Origin: Rhodanobacteraceae bacterium
Lineage (GTDB): Bacteria > Pseudomonadota > Gammaproteobacteria > Xanthomonadales > SZUA-5
NCBI GenBank assembly: GCA_016717705.1
Contig: JADKFD010000036.1
Location: 129 to 64,128 of the forward strand
Length of the DNA stretch: 64,000 bases
Direction: 5' to 3'
The notes under the pieces were generated by a model, which was not told the origin of the DNA, ran no database searches, and worked only from the letters and a program-made list of their open reading frames with translations. Below, one piece after another: positions 1-9,270 of this stretch (the stretch's first letter is position 1; every line of letters starts with the position of its first letter). The position numbers and the translations under genes are program-made.

Positions 1-462
1 GGCGTCGAACAGTTTGGCGATATGCGGATGGTTCAGGCGCGCCAGCGTCGCACGTTCGATGCCGAAGCGGCGCGCGACAGTTGCGCCGACGTGCGAGCGC
101 AGCAGCTTGATCGCCACCCGCTGGGTGAATTCGTCCACGCGGCGAGCGGCATACACAATGCTCGATCCGCCCTCCCCCAGGCAGGCTTCGAGCTCGAACA
201 CGCCTACCCGCTCGCCGCTGCGATCGGGTTGCGCGAAGGCCTCCGCGAGTGAATCCCAAATCGCTTCCGGCAACTGCTCCGGCAGCTTGTCTTCGCAGGC
301 CAGCAAGGCTTCGACTTCACCGCGCAGCGCCGGATCGTCGACACACAGGGTATCCAGCAGGGTTTGCCGCTGGGCAGGCGGGGCCTCGAGTACAGCTGCC
401 AGCACGCCGCGGACGCGCGACCAGGTCAGCGCATCCATCGGCATCCTGCCGGTGATGCTCAT
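1..462 (-). CDS. Ser/Thr protein kinase, N-terminal part (gene runs off the window start)
   Basis: Not in the ORF track because it is open at the window edge. My reverse-strand translation from ATG 462 reads MSITGRMPMDALTWSRVRGVLAAVLEAPP...VGVFELEACLGEGGSSIVYAARRVDEFTQRVAIKLLR...LARLNHPHIAKLFDA. This shows the Gly-rich loop and the VAIK lysine of Hanks-type kinases. It starts 5 nt after the sigma-factor stop. Confidence 0.8.
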   Translation of the reverse strand, partial: MSITGRMPMDALTWSRVRGVLAAVLEAPPAQRQTLLDTLCVDDPALRGEVEALLACEDKLPEQLPEAIWDSLAEAFAQPDRSGERVGVFELEACLGEGGSSIVYAARRVDEFTQRVAIKLLRSHVGATVARRFGIERATLARLNHPHIAKLFDA

Positions 463-466
463 GGCG

Positions 467-1057
467 TCACGACCGCAACTCGCGCGCCAGCCACAACTTG
501 GCGACGCTCCAGTCGCGGCGCACGGTGGCGCTCGACACGCCCAGCGCCAGCGCCATTTCGTCGATCTCCATGCCGGCGAAGTACTTGAGTTCGACGATGC
601 GCGCCTGGCGCGCGTCGAGCAGCGCCAGCGCATCCAGCGCTTCGTGCAGCCCAATCAGGTCGAGGCCCTCGATGGCGATCTGCCCGGCTTCCGCCAGCTC
701 CACATGCACCGCCCCGGCACCGCGTTTTTCGGCGCGACGATCGCGCGCGTGATTGACCAGGATGCGCCGCATCATGGTCGCCGCCAGCCCCATGAACCAG
801 GCGCGGTCGCAGCCATCGACGGCTGCGACGCCGAGCAGGCGCAAGTAAGCCTCGTGCACCAGCGCGGTGGCCTGCAGCGTATGCCCCGCTCGCTCGCGCT
901 TGAGCTGCGAGCGGGCGATCCGCTTGAGCTCGTCGTAGACCACCGGCAGCAACGCATTCAGCGCCGACTCGTCGCCGGCGCGGGCAGCGTGGAACTGTTG
1001 CGTGAAGTCGGAGGTTGCGGACACCCTGATCGTACTTGTCGAGAAAGGTGCCGCCAT
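467..1057 (-). CDS. ECF-type RNA polymerase sigma factor (kinase-associated subgroup)
   Basis: ORF 467..1450(-) trimmed to ATG 1057. Region 2 is seen in LPVVYDELKRIARSQL...LVHEAYLRL. The region 4 HTH is seen in KYFAGMEIDEMALALGVSSATVRRDWSVAKLWL. It lies immediately upstream of a Ser/Thr kinase, as in the TIGR02999-like ECF group. Confidence 0.9.
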   Translation of the reverse strand: MAAPFSTSTIRVSATSDFTQQFHAARAGDESALNALLPVVYDELKRIARSQLKRERAGHTLQATALVHEAYLRLLGVAAVDGCDRAWFMGLAATMMRRILVNHARDRRAEKRGAGAVHVELAEAGQIAIEGLDLIGLHEALDALALLDARQARIVELKYFAGMEIDEMALALGVSSATVRRDWSVAKLWLARELRS

Positions 1058-1151
1058 AGTACCCGTGGGATTGCCTTCCGGCTGCCCCGCCTTGATGCAC
1101 GGGTCCGGCCGATCCGGACCCGCGCATTCCGGCAGGAGGCGACGGGCACAT

Positions 1152-1511
1152 TCAAGGCCCCTCGAATCCGTTGACGAACACCGTCGGCGGCAATGGCGCC
1201 CCGGCCCAATAGCCACCGGTGACTCCATAGATACCGCCACTGGCTGGACCCAGTGGATCGGCTGTTGCTTGCCCGACACTGCCGGCAATCCGATAGATGC
1301 CGCCGGCAGAACTGCCGCCGCCCGCACCGATGCTGAAGCGATCGACCGCAAAGGCACTGCCCTGCATGATTGAACTCGCGGCAGGAAAAGCATGCGCTGC
1401 CGGCGCCGCCACGGGCTGCGCGCGCTCAGCGGCGACGGGCAGCGCCGCAATCACCAGCGCCAGACCGGCGCCAGCCATCCACGCCAGGTTCTGTCGCGCT
1501 TGCGGGCTCAT
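1152..1511 (-). CDS. small secreted Gly-rich protein ending in VFVNGFEGP
   Basis: ORF 1152..1688(-) trimmed to ATG 1511, which overlaps the upstream stop as ATGA (1508-1511). Signal-like N-terminus LAWMAGAGLALVIAALPVAA. Internal duplication GGIYRIAGSVGQ / GGIYGVTGGYW. Carries the C-terminal F-x-N-G-F-E motif. Confidence 0.6.
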   Translation of the reverse strand: MSPQARQNLAWMAGAGLALVIAALPVAAERAQPVAAPAAHAFPAASSIMQGSAFAVDRFSIGAGGGSSAGGIYRIAGSVGQATADPLGPASGGIYGVTGGYWAGAPLPPTVFVNGFEGP

Positions 1512-3496
1512 TGGCAACTCCGCGTGCCGCACTTGGCGACTTTGAGCGTGCCGCCGACGCCCTGATAGCTGATCACCGGCAGCCCATCGGTGCCAATGGC
1601 AATCGAGCCGTACCAGCCGCCGTTGGTTCCCGACGGATCGTCGAGTACGGTGATCAGGGAGGCGCCGGTACAGGCCGCGTTGTTGCACTTGGCTGTCTTC
1701 AGCGCGCCGACCGTGTCGTCGCGATAGGTCAGCACCGGGAAACCGTCGCTGCCGATGGCCAGATCGAGGTATTCGCCGACCGAATTGGCGGGGTCGTCAA
1801 CGACCGTGATCGTGGATGCGCCCGTGCAGGCGGGATTGGCGCACTTGGCGACCTTGACCGTGTTGGCGGTGGCATCCTGATAGGCAATCACCGGGATGCC
1901 GTCGCTGCCGATGGCCAGCGCCGAGAAGGCGCCAACGTCGTTCGCCGAATTGTCGACGGTGGTAAGCGTTGCCGCACCGGAGCAGGCCATGTTGCTGCAC
2001 TTGGCTACCTTCAGCGAACCGGCGCTGCCGTCCAGATAGCCGATCACCGGAAAGCCGTCGGCGCCGATGGCTATCGACGAAAAGTAACCGACGCTCGCCG
2101 TCGCATCGACGGTGCTGATGGTCGCCGTCCCGGTGCAGTTGGCATTGGCGCAGCGGGCCACCTTGAGCGCGCCCACGCCGGTTTCGTCCACGTAGCTGAT
2201 CACCGGGATACCGTCATTGCCGATCGCCAACGAGGTGTAGGTGCCGACCCCGGTGGTTGCATCGACCGTGGTGATGATCGCCGGACTGGCGCAGGCAGCG
2301 TCGACGCACTTGGCGACCTTCAGGACTTCCAGTCCGTCAGCGTAGTAACTGACGATCGGCAGGCCATCGGCGCCAATCGCCACCGAGGTGTATTGCCCGG
2401 CGGCATCGACGCCATCCTCGATGATCGACAGCGTGGACGGGCCGGTGCAACGGGCGTTGGAGCACTTGGCGGCCCACAGCGACAGCGCCGTGTTGCTGTC
2501 GTCGCGATAGACGATGATCGGCAGGCCATCGGCCGGGACCGCTATCGTCGTGAAATCGCCGACATAGTCGGCCGGATCGTCGACCGTGGTGATGCTGTTG
2601 GCGCCCGGCACGTCGACACAGACGACGCTGCCGTCGGCATTGATGCCGCGCAGGTAGCTGCCCAGCGGGCAACTGCCGCTGACGCGCGCCTGCACCTGGG
2701 CGACGTTGATCTGCGCGAGCCCGACGCCGCCGTTGGCGATGGCGATGGTGCCCGTGCCGCTGATCGGACCGCCCGTCAGACCCGTGCCGCTGCCTACACT
2801 GGTGACCGTGCCGCCGCTGTTGGCGTCCGTCCCGCACACCACCGTGCCGTCGGCATTGACCTGGCGCACATACTGCCCGGCCACGCAGTTGCCGCTGACG
2901 CGGCTCTGGATCAGCGTGGTGTCCACTGCCAGCGTGCCACTGCCGGTGATGACGCCGCCGGTCAGCCCGGCACCGGCAGCGATGCTGGTCACGCTGCCGC
3001 CGCTGTCGTTGTCGATACCATCCGCGAATCCCGCTGGTACGCCGCTGACGCCGGACCAGGGTACGAGGTTGGCGACCGCTGCGTGCTGCGCTTCCGGCGC
3101 TGCGCGGACCAACTGGCGCGGACTCAGCGCCGTGTAAGCGCCAGTGCTGGCACCCGCCCGCACGCGCAGTTCAAGGTAGCGCTCCTGACCGGCAAATGCG
3201 CCGGCGCCGAAATCGATCGAAATGGCGAACAGCCCGGATTCGACCGGCACATCGTTGGCATCCGCCGCACAGGCGATCTGCACCGGGTTGACGAGACTGT
3301 CGAACAGGCAGACCTGCAGGTCGTACAAGCCGGAGGCAGGCTGGCCGGACTCGGTCAGTTGTCCCTGGTAACTGAAGGCGGTTCCCAATGCGGCGGCCGG
3401 CAACTGCAGCGGAGCGATGATCAGCCCCGCGCAGCACAGCCCAATCCAGAAACCGATCCCGTTTCCTGCAACGCCGGAAGGCGAGTGTCCGAGCAT
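1508..3496 (-). CDS. secreted repeat protein: tail-fibre-like N-half plus seven Cys-clamped ~47-aa repeats (propeller-like)
   Basis: ORF 1508..3583(-). Start set to ATG 3496 (GGGGA 6 nt upstream; hydrophobic GFWIGLCCAGLIIAPLQLPAAALG). The N-half has duplicated SGG(S/T)VTS..G.GLTGG.I.G(S/T)GT and RVSG.C..G.Y.R.(V/I)NADG.VVC segments. The C-half has 7 units TTVD....VG.Y.S.AIG.DG.PVI.Y.D.....LKVAKC.N..CTG. No characterised homologue recognised. Confidence 0.75.
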   Translation of the reverse strand: MLGHSPSGVAGNGIGFWIGLCCAGLIIAPLQLPAAALGTAFSYQGQLTESGQPASGLYDLQVCLFDSLVNPVQIACAADANDVPVESGLFAISIDFGAGAFAGQERYLELRVRAGASTGAYTALSPRQLVRAAPEAQHAAVANLVPWSGVSGVPAGFADGIDNDSGGSVTSIAAGAGLTGGVITGSGTLAVDTTLIQSRVSGNCVAGQYVRQVNADGTVVCGTDANSGGTVTSVGSGTGLTGGPISGTGTIAIANGGVGLAQINVAQVQARVSGSCPLGSYLRGINADGSVVCVDVPGANSITTVDDPADYVGDFTTIAVPADGLPIIVYRDDSNTALSLWAAKCSNARCTGPSTLSIIEDGVDAAGQYTSVAIGADGLPIVSYYADGLEVLKVAKCVDAACASPAIITTVDATTGVGTYTSLAIGNDGIPVISYVDETGVGALKVARCANANCTGTATISTVDATASVGYFSSIAIGADGFPVIGYLDGSAGSLKVAKCSNMACSGAATLTTVDNSANDVGAFSALAIGSDGIPVIAYQDATANTVKVAKCANPACTGASTITVVDDPANSVGEYLDLAIGSDGFPVLTYRDDTVGALKTAKCNNAACTGASLITVLDDPSGTNGGWYGSIAIGTDGLPVISYQGVGGTLKVAKCGTRSCQ

Positions 3497-3541
3497 GAAT
3501 TTCCCCAATGGCTGCACCCGGCGCCCGGGTGTCATTGCCAT

Positions 3542-3572
3542 AAGCACGCTGCGGCGTGCAAAGCGCTCACGT
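3542..3572 (-). promoter_or_regulatory. conserved 31-nt box, copy 1 (AAGCACGCTGCGGCGTGCAAAGCGCTCACGT on + strand)
   Basis: 27/31 identical to 9271-9301. Both copies sit 5' of large minus-strand secreted-repeat-protein genes: 46 nt upstream of ATG 3496 and 112 nt upstream of ATG 9159. Confidence 0.3.
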
Positions 3573-3767
3573 TCATGACGCAATGCGCGAATTCAGTGGC
3601 TTGTTGAATGAGACGCGCCCGAGGTAGGCCGCGTATGCGCTTCACCGCGCCCACCGGCGCTTGTGACGCAAGCGACGCGACAAGCGCCGGTGAGCCGCTG
3701 CGCGGCACCCTCGGCCTACGGGGGCGTGTTCAATCGGCGGCACTCGGCGAAATCACCGGTGGTCGCA

Positions 3768-3810
3768 GGAACCCGCACGCGCTGCAACGCGCGGACTCCA
3801 CCCACGCGCG
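3768..3810. repeat. partial or degenerate copy of the ~135-nt intergenic element
   Basis: GGAACCCGCACGCGC (15/15) and GGACTCCACC (9/10) match the 5' part of the 9374-9507 copy. Confidence 0.3.
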
Positions 3811-3848
3811 CGGCACGGCGCACGTTGGTATGTCGCGGTTCGAGCGCG

Positions 3849-4268
3849 TCATTGCAGCGGCACCAGGCTCACGAGATCTGGCCGCAGCGCTGCCAGTCCG
3901 CGGTCGAAGCTGACCAGGCGGGCGTGTTTGGAACCGGCCAATGCGACCAGATAGGCGTCGGTCACCTGCTTGTGGCCGATCACGCCGCGCCAGTCGATAT
4001 CGACATAACTCAAGCTATCGCCCCAGAAATGGCAACCGGGCCAGGCCTTGACTGCCGCCAGAATGGCGATCGCATTGGCGATTCCCGCAACGGGATTGTC
4101 GCGCAACATCTGACGCACCAAGGCACCTTCGGTGATCGCACAAAGCGCAAGAGTCGGCTGCTCGCGAGCGACCTTGCCCAGACTGGCAAGCCAGCGCATC
4201 GCGTCCTCGTGATGCACATGCTCGGGCATGCACAGCGCGATCAACAGATTCGAATCCAGCAGGTACAT
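3849..4268 (-). CDS. vapC: type II toxin VapC (PIN domain ribonuclease)
   Basis: ORF 3849..4271(-). MYLLDSNLLIAL...AITEGALVR...VTDAYLVALAGSKHARLVSFDRG shows the PIN acidic residues and layout. The ATG overlaps the antitoxin stop as TGATG. Confidence 0.85.
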   Translation of the reverse strand: MYLLDSNLLIALCMPEHVHHEDAMRWLASLGKVAREQPTLALCAITEGALVRQMLRDNPVAGIANAIAILAAVKAWPGCHFWGDSLSYVDIDWRGVIGHKQVTDAYLVALAGSKHARLVSFDRGLAALRPDLVSLVPLQ

Positions 4269-4513
4269 CACTCGTCATCCTGCATCTGCCGCACCATCTC
4301 TGTGGTGATCGGACCACTGCCCAGACGCATGGTCGGAAATCCGGTCACCGGGTGATAGACGATCTTGCCGAGCGACTGTCCCTGCTGCGGAGGCGAATTC
4401 AGCGCTCGGCGCATGAGGTCGACGACCACCTGGCTCATGCTCACACGCTGGTTGTGCGCGAGTTGTCCGGCGATGGCGTGCAGATCGGCCGGCAAATCGA
4501 TGGTTGTTCGCAT
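4268..4513 (-). CDS. vapB: VapB-type antitoxin (81 aa)
   Basis: ORF 4268..4711(-) trimmed to ATG 4513. MRTTIDLPADLHAIAGQLAHNQRVSMSQVVVDLMRRAL. Small size and position directly upstream of the PIN toxin. Confidence 0.75.
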   Translation of the reverse strand: MRTTIDLPADLHAIAGQLAHNQRVSMSQVVVDLMRRALNSPPQQGQSLGKIVYHPVTGFPTMRLGSGPITTEMVRQMQDDE

Positions 4514-4606
4514 GAAAACACCTTGATGCATTGATGACAAGCGCATCTTAGTGCTGCGTTCCGCTTGCGTGCAACTGGGCCTGACCCACGCAAGGCGCAA
4601 TCGGGC

Positions 4607-4743
4607 GGAAGCCGCACGCGCCTCATAGTGCGGATTCCACCGCTCGCCGCGCATGTAGCGGCGGTCGGGGCGGCGGAATCCGCGCACCGGTTCTCTACGA
4701 CGGAATCGCAAACTACGGTGGCGCGGGTTCCGCCCTCGGGCTA
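4607..4743. repeat. ~135-nt structured intergenic repeat, copy A
   Basis: Aligns over its whole length at roughly 75-80% identity (by eye) with 9374-9507. It contains complementary arms GCGGATTCCACCGC / GCGGCGGAATCCGC. It abuts the stop codon (4741-4743) of the upstream minus-strand gene. Confidence 0.7.
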
Positions 4744-6174
4744 CAACGGCGGCGCCTCAAAGCCGTTTCCGAATATGCTGACCAATGACGTCAACACCTC
4801 GAAGCTGCCGTCCGCGTCCTCGGCTACTCCGCTGGTTGCGCTCACTTCGATGTGGTAGGTCGCCGCGGAACCGGTACCGGCTGCCGAGGTGTCGCTGGCG
4901 CTGGCGGTCCAGGTCAGCTCCCGCGTTTCGCCCGCCGGAATCGTTTGCAGTTCGATCACGGACGGCGAAGTCAGCAGCGCCACCGGCACCGGGCCGGGCG
5001 TCGATCCGAAGCTGAGCGCGACCGTCACACCGGTGGCCGCTTGTTGTCCGGCATTCACCACCCGCGCACGGATGACGATCGGGCCCGGCGGAGTCTCGAT
5101 CGGGGTGCGGACGTTATCCAAACCGTGCTCCGGCACCCGTACATGGGATGGCGCGGTCAAACCGGCCGCCGCCCCTTGCGCGTTGGCGAGCGCGCTCTCG
5201 AAATTCGTGATTGCCGCGCTGACAGCATCGATCTGCGCGATGCGGAGAGCATCCGTGGTGCCGGGATCGGCAAAATCCGAAATGAGATAGCCCGCGAGCC
5301 GTCCATACAGGATGACGCGCTGACCGGCGAAAACACCTGCGCTCGCCAGTGCCGCGCGATGCGCCGTCGCCAGCGGTTGGGACGGGTTGGCTGCGGCAAG
5401 CGCCAACAGCGGCAGCAGTTCCGACTCGACGGCAAGCTCGAGCGCCGCATCGGCAGCAGCCAGGGCTTCGACCTCGGCGATGGCGCCCGGCCGGTCGTTG
5501 GCCGCAAGCCGGCCTCTGAGTGCGGCCAGACGGGTCGAGTACTCCGACGGCACGACGCCCCCGGAAGGCGAAGATTGAACTGTCTGGTCGACGGTCGCGA
5601 CGACGGCTGCCGGCAGCGATGGGTCGAACGCGCGCCCGGCAACGACGGAAGCGTCGTGGAAGGCGGTGTCGGCGATCATGGTGTAGTCACGGACGCCGAG
5701 TTGCACCAGATCGGCCACGCTGATATCGATGAGGCTGGCTCCGATCAAATCGAACAGCTGCTCCAGTGGGAATGCTTCGTTCGGGCTAACGACCAATTGC
5801 ACAAACAACGCTGCGCTTCGCCATCCCTCCCGCGCAGAGCCCACGGCTTCGGAGGCTAGCGCCTGATCGAAGTTGCGCTGCAGCACCATCGTTGCGTGCT
5901 GCCGCGAAGCGAGGTAGCCCGCATTGACCGTACCGACGCCTTCGAGGGCGCCAGCTCGGGCCACGGCCAGGTTGAAATCGTTCTGCGTCTGCTCGACGTA
6001 AGTTGAACCGTTGACCGCGGCGCCGACATCCCCGGTGAGCGTGTTGACGACCGCCGCGAGCTGCGCCTCGCGGCCGTCGATGTCCGCCCACGCTGCGGAC
6101 TGGAAGGCACCGAGCACCCCCACCGCAGTGAGCGCAACGCCTGTCCCCACTTGGTCCTGGCCCCACTGCGGCAA
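4741..6174 (-). CDS. C-terminal portion of a giant secreted protein (helical region plus CARDB/DUF11-like domain), ends IFGNGFEAPPL
   Basis: ORF 4741..6174(-), first codon TTG. It has no signal peptide and no SD. It is in the same frame as 6193..9159, separated only by TAA 6193-6195 plus six sense codons (QDFHSL). It is probably one gene with the upstream ORF. Confidence 0.6.
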   Translation of the reverse strand: MPQWGQDQVGTGVALTAVGVLGAFQSAAWADIDGREAQLAAVVNTLTGDVGAAVNGSTYVEQTQNDFNLAVARAGALEGVGTVNAGYLASRQHATMVLQRNFDQALASEAVGSAREGWRSAALFVQLVVSPNEAFPLEQLFDLIGASLIDISVADLVQLGVRDYTMIADTAFHDASVVAGRAFDPSLPAAVVATVDQTVQSSPSGGVVPSEYSTRLAALRGRLAANDRPGAIAEVEALAAADAALELAVESELLPLLALAAANPSQPLATAHRAALASAGVFAGQRVILYGRLAGYLISDFADPGTTDALRIAQIDAVSAAITNFESALANAQGAAAGLTAPSHVRVPEHGLDNVRTPIETPPGPIVIRARVVNAGQQAATGVTVALSFGSTPGPVPVALLTSPSVIELQTIPAGETRELTWTASASDTSAAGTGSAATYHIEVSATSGVAEDADGSFEVLTSLVSIFGNGFEAPPL

Positions 6175-6192
6175 CAGGCTATGGAAGTCCTG

Positions 6193-9159
6193 TTAGGCCC
6201 GATGCTCCTTCTCGGTCCACGCTCTGGCCGCGCGCACGTCCAACGACATAGCCCTCACAATGGCCGCGAGGAGGTTGCTCAGCCCGTGATTCACGCGGCG
6301 CTGGTAGGCGTCGTACATGTCCCACACGAGTCTTCCCGCCGTCAGATAAGACGCTTGCAGATCGACCGTGTGGTGCGCGCTGGCGACGTTCAGCAGTTGG
6401 GTGCCGCTGTACAGATCGGCCAAACCTTCGCTGGCCACCAGCAGGCGTCCCAGCGCACGGTCGCGGGCAGCATGCACCGCAGCAGTTGCCGGCTGCGCCG
6501 AGCTCCAGTTCGACAGCAACGCCCGCGCGTTGGTGGTCGTGTATTTCTGCACCTGGATATCGGTGGTCTCGAGCCGGACGAGTTCAGCGTCCAGCCGCGC
6601 GTGCAAGTCGACCGGCAGCACCAGCGACGTTGCGCCCAGATTGGCTGGCACGACCGCCTGATACGCCCGTTGCAGCCCGAATCCCGCGAGTCTCAGCGTG
6701 TACGGCTGCGATAGATTGACCGCCGCGTTGAAGGAGAAATTGCCCTGGGCGTTGCTGGTCGCCGTGTCGATGACCTGCGCGCCTGAAAGCAGGGTGACGC
6801 TGACCCCGGCAAGTCCAGTTGCGGCGGGATCGCCGAAGCGGTCGGCATCGCGAACGCTGAACGTCGGCGGCGTGACTCCCGGCGGCGCCGCGATGAAGGT
6901 ACCGAAGGCGAATGGTGAGGTTCCCACTGCCACCGTGGCCACCACCGTGTTGCTGCTGGTGGCAATGACCGAGACGTCGTTGCTGACTAAGTTGGCCACG
7001 TAAACATGGCTGCCGCTCGGATTGACGGAAATGCCGAGTGGAGCGGCTCCCACCGCGACGTTGGCTATGCTGGCGTTGCTGGCAAGGTCGACGACGCGGA
7101 CCGTATTGCTGCCGGTCACCGCCACGTAGGCGCGGGTGCCGCTGGCGTTGATGGCGATACCGGTCTGGGGACCGCCTACGTTAATGGTGTCGACAACGGT
7201 GTTGGTGGCGGTATCGATCACCGAAACAAAGGCGATGCCGCCACTGCCTCTGGTCACATAGACGCGGGTGCCCGAGGGGTTGATGGCAACGCCATGTGGA
7301 GAGTTGGCGACCGCCACGGTGGCCACAACCACGTTGGTGGCGCTGTCGATCACCGAGACGCTGTTGGACTCGTTGTTTGCAACATAGACCCGCGTGCCTG
7401 ACGGATTGACCACGACGCCACGCGGAAACGATCCGACGGCCACGGTTGCCACAAACGCGTTGGTAGCTGCATCGAAGACGCTGACGTTGTCGGTTCCCTC
7501 ATTGGTCACGTAAAGGCGGGTTCCGGCCGGGTTGCCCGCCAGGCTATACGTACCCCTGCCGGTAACCATGTTATCGATTACGGTGTTGGTTGCCGTATCG
7601 ATCACCGAGACGCTGCCGTTGATGAAGTTGGGGCCGTTGAGGTAATTGCTCACATAGACCCGGGTCCCTGCCGGGTTCACGGTGACGCCACCAGGCTCGT
7701 CGCCGACGCCGACCGTCGCGACCACCGTGTTGGTCACGGTGTCGATCACCGAGACGTTGTTGTTGGCCGAGTTGGGAATGTAGGCAAATGCTTGTTGCAC
7801 CTGTGGCGCCTGTGGCGTCACGCTGACGCTGGCCGACGCCGGACCGTCGCCGATCCCGTTGGTAGCGACGACCGAACAACCGTAGGCGGTGCCGTTGGTC
7901 AATCCATCGACGGTAATCGGCGAGGCCGCGCCGCTATCGCTGATGCTGCCCGGATTGCAGGTGGCGGTGTAGCCGATGATCGGCGATCCGCCATCGGATG
8001 CCGGGGCGGTGAAATTGATTGTCGCCGTGCCATTGCCAGGCGTCGCGCTTCCGATCCCCGGTGCACCCGGTGCGGTCGCCGCGGCGGGCAAAGTGGCGAT
8101 GAACAGTCCGAAGGCCGCGGGGCCGCCACCAACACCGATCGTCGTGGTCACGCTATTGGTCGCGGTGTCGATGACCGAAACATTGCCGCTGCTGGTGTTG
8201 GCGACATAGACATGGGTACCGGCCGGATTGACCGACACCCCGCGCGGACTGGTTCCCGCCGCCACCGTGGCGACCACGGTGTTGCTGGCGGTATCGATCA
8301 CCGAGACATTGCCGCTGGTCGAATTCGCCACATAGGCGCGGGTCCCGGCCGGATTGATCGCCACGCCGCGGGGTGCAGTGCCGACCGGAATGGTCGCGAT
8401 CACCGCATTGCTGGCGGTATCGATCACCGAAACGTTGTTGCTGCTGAAATTGCCGACATAGGCACGCGTGCCGGCAGGGTTGACGGCCACCCCCTCCGGC
8501 TGGGTGCCGACCGGCACCACTGCGATCACGCTGTTGCTGGTCGTATTGATGATGGAGATATCGTTGCTGAGCCCGCCCGCCACGTAAACGCGAGTTCCCG
8601 CCGGATTGACCGCAAGGCCGCGTGGGCTGCTGCCCACGGCCAGCACGGTTGCGATCACGCCGTTGTCGGCGGTATCGATCACCGACACGCTGCTGCTGGT
8701 GCGATTGGCGACATAGGCGCGGGTGCCTGCCGGATTCACGGCGACACCGATCGGGCCGGTGCCGACGGCGATCGTCGCCAGCACGGCGTTGCTCGCGGTG
8801 TCGATGACCGACACATTGCTGCTGGAGAAATTGCCCACATAGGCGCGCGTGCCCGCCGGATTGACGCCGACGCCGAAGGGGTTGTCGCCGACGGCGACGG
8901 TCGCCACCACCGTGTTGCTGCTGGTGTCGATCACCGAGACATTGTCGGTGCTCTGGTTGCTGATGTAGGCGTACACATCCTGCGCACCGCGGTCCTTGAC
9001 CAGGTCCGCGGCGAACGAGGGGTTCGCCAGCAGCGACAACTGCAGCAGCGCGTGCAGCCAGGCGGTCGATCTGATGGAGGCCTTCCGGCTGGTGGACACC
9101 TGTAGCTGAGTTGTCGCGAGCGACCCTGGACCCGGGTCTGATTCTGAATAGTCGAACAT
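6193..9159 (-). CDS. secreted protein with two 7-unit YVTN-family beta-propellers, an FN3-like module and a CarboxypepD_reg-like domain
   Basis: ORF 6193..9276(-), start set to ATG 9159. Signal-like segment STAWLHALLQLSLLANPSFAADL. There are 7+7 units of the type YV.N..S..VSVIDT..N.V..T..VG..P.GV..NP.GTR.YV. Between them lies APGAPGIGSATPGNGTATINFTAPASDGGSPIIGYTATC...GTAYGCSVVATNGIGDG (FN3-like). Confidence 0.85.
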   Translation of the reverse strand: MFDYSESDPGPGSLATTQLQVSTSRKASIRSTAWLHALLQLSLLANPSFAADLVKDRGAQDVYAYISNQSTDNVSVIDTSSNTVVATVAVGDNPFGVGVNPAGTRAYVGNFSSSNVSVIDTASNAVLATIAVGTGPIGVAVNPAGTRAYVANRTSSSVSVIDTADNGVIATVLAVGSSPRGLAVNPAGTRVYVAGGLSNDISIINTTSNSVIAVVPVGTQPEGVAVNPAGTRAYVGNFSSNNVSVIDTASNAVIATIPVGTAPRGVAINPAGTRAYVANSTSGNVSVIDTASNTVVATVAAGTSPRGVSVNPAGTHVYVANTSSGNVSVIDTATNSVTTTIGVGGGPAAFGLFIATLPAAATAPGAPGIGSATPGNGTATINFTAPASDGGSPIIGYTATCNPGSISDSGAASPITVDGLTNGTAYGCSVVATNGIGDGPASASVSVTPQAPQVQQAFAYIPNSANNNVSVIDTVTNTVVATVGVGDEPGGVTVNPAGTRVYVSNYLNGPNFINGSVSVIDTATNTVIDNMVTGRGTYSLAGNPAGTRLYVTNEGTDNVSVFDAATNAFVATVAVGSFPRGVVVNPSGTRVYVANNESNSVSVIDSATNVVVATVAVANSPHGVAINPSGTRVYVTRGSGGIAFVSVIDTATNTVVDTINVGGPQTGIAINASGTRAYVAVTGSNTVRVVDLASNASIANVAVGAAPLGISVNPSGSHVYVANLVSNDVSVIATSSNTVVATVAVGTSPFAFGTFIAAPPGVTPPTFSVRDADRFGDPAATGLAGVSVTLLSGAQVIDTATSNAQGNFSFNAAVNLSQPYTLRLAGFGLQRAYQAVVPANLGATSLVLPVDLHARLDAELVRLETTDIQVQKYTTTNARALLSNWSSAQPATAAVHAARDRALGRLLVASEGLADLYSGTQLLNVASAHHTVDLQASYLTAGRLVWDMYDAYQRRVNHGLSNLLAAIVRAMSLDVRAARAWTEKEHRA

Positions 9160-9270
9160 GGCGCTTCCCCTGGGCAGAGTGCGTTGCAGTGACCGACACG
9201 ACTCAAACGGGCGAACTTCCAGGCGCGGCGCGCTGACAAGCTCGGCGATATCGGCTGCGGTCAGAGTCCC

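Noticed and set aside
1370-3607. 745-aa ORF on the + strand, and similar long antisense or out-of-frame ORFs (e.g. 14..1174+, 7792..9105+, 9904..12261+, 19109..20812-, 23614..24807-, 27845..29620+, 33684..35081+, 35137..36915+, 37033..39783-, 40944..42668-, 45885..47045-, 49709..51607-)
   Set aside because: These are shadow ORFs typical of high-GC DNA. Translations are Arg/Ala/Gly/His-rich with no motifs. The opposite or alternative frame encodes clearly recognisable proteins.
3835-3851. tRNA-like T-arm (TCGCG-GTTCGAG-CGCGT)
   Set aside because: No acceptor, D or anticodon arms can be built around it. It is just a short GC hairpin in an intergenic region.
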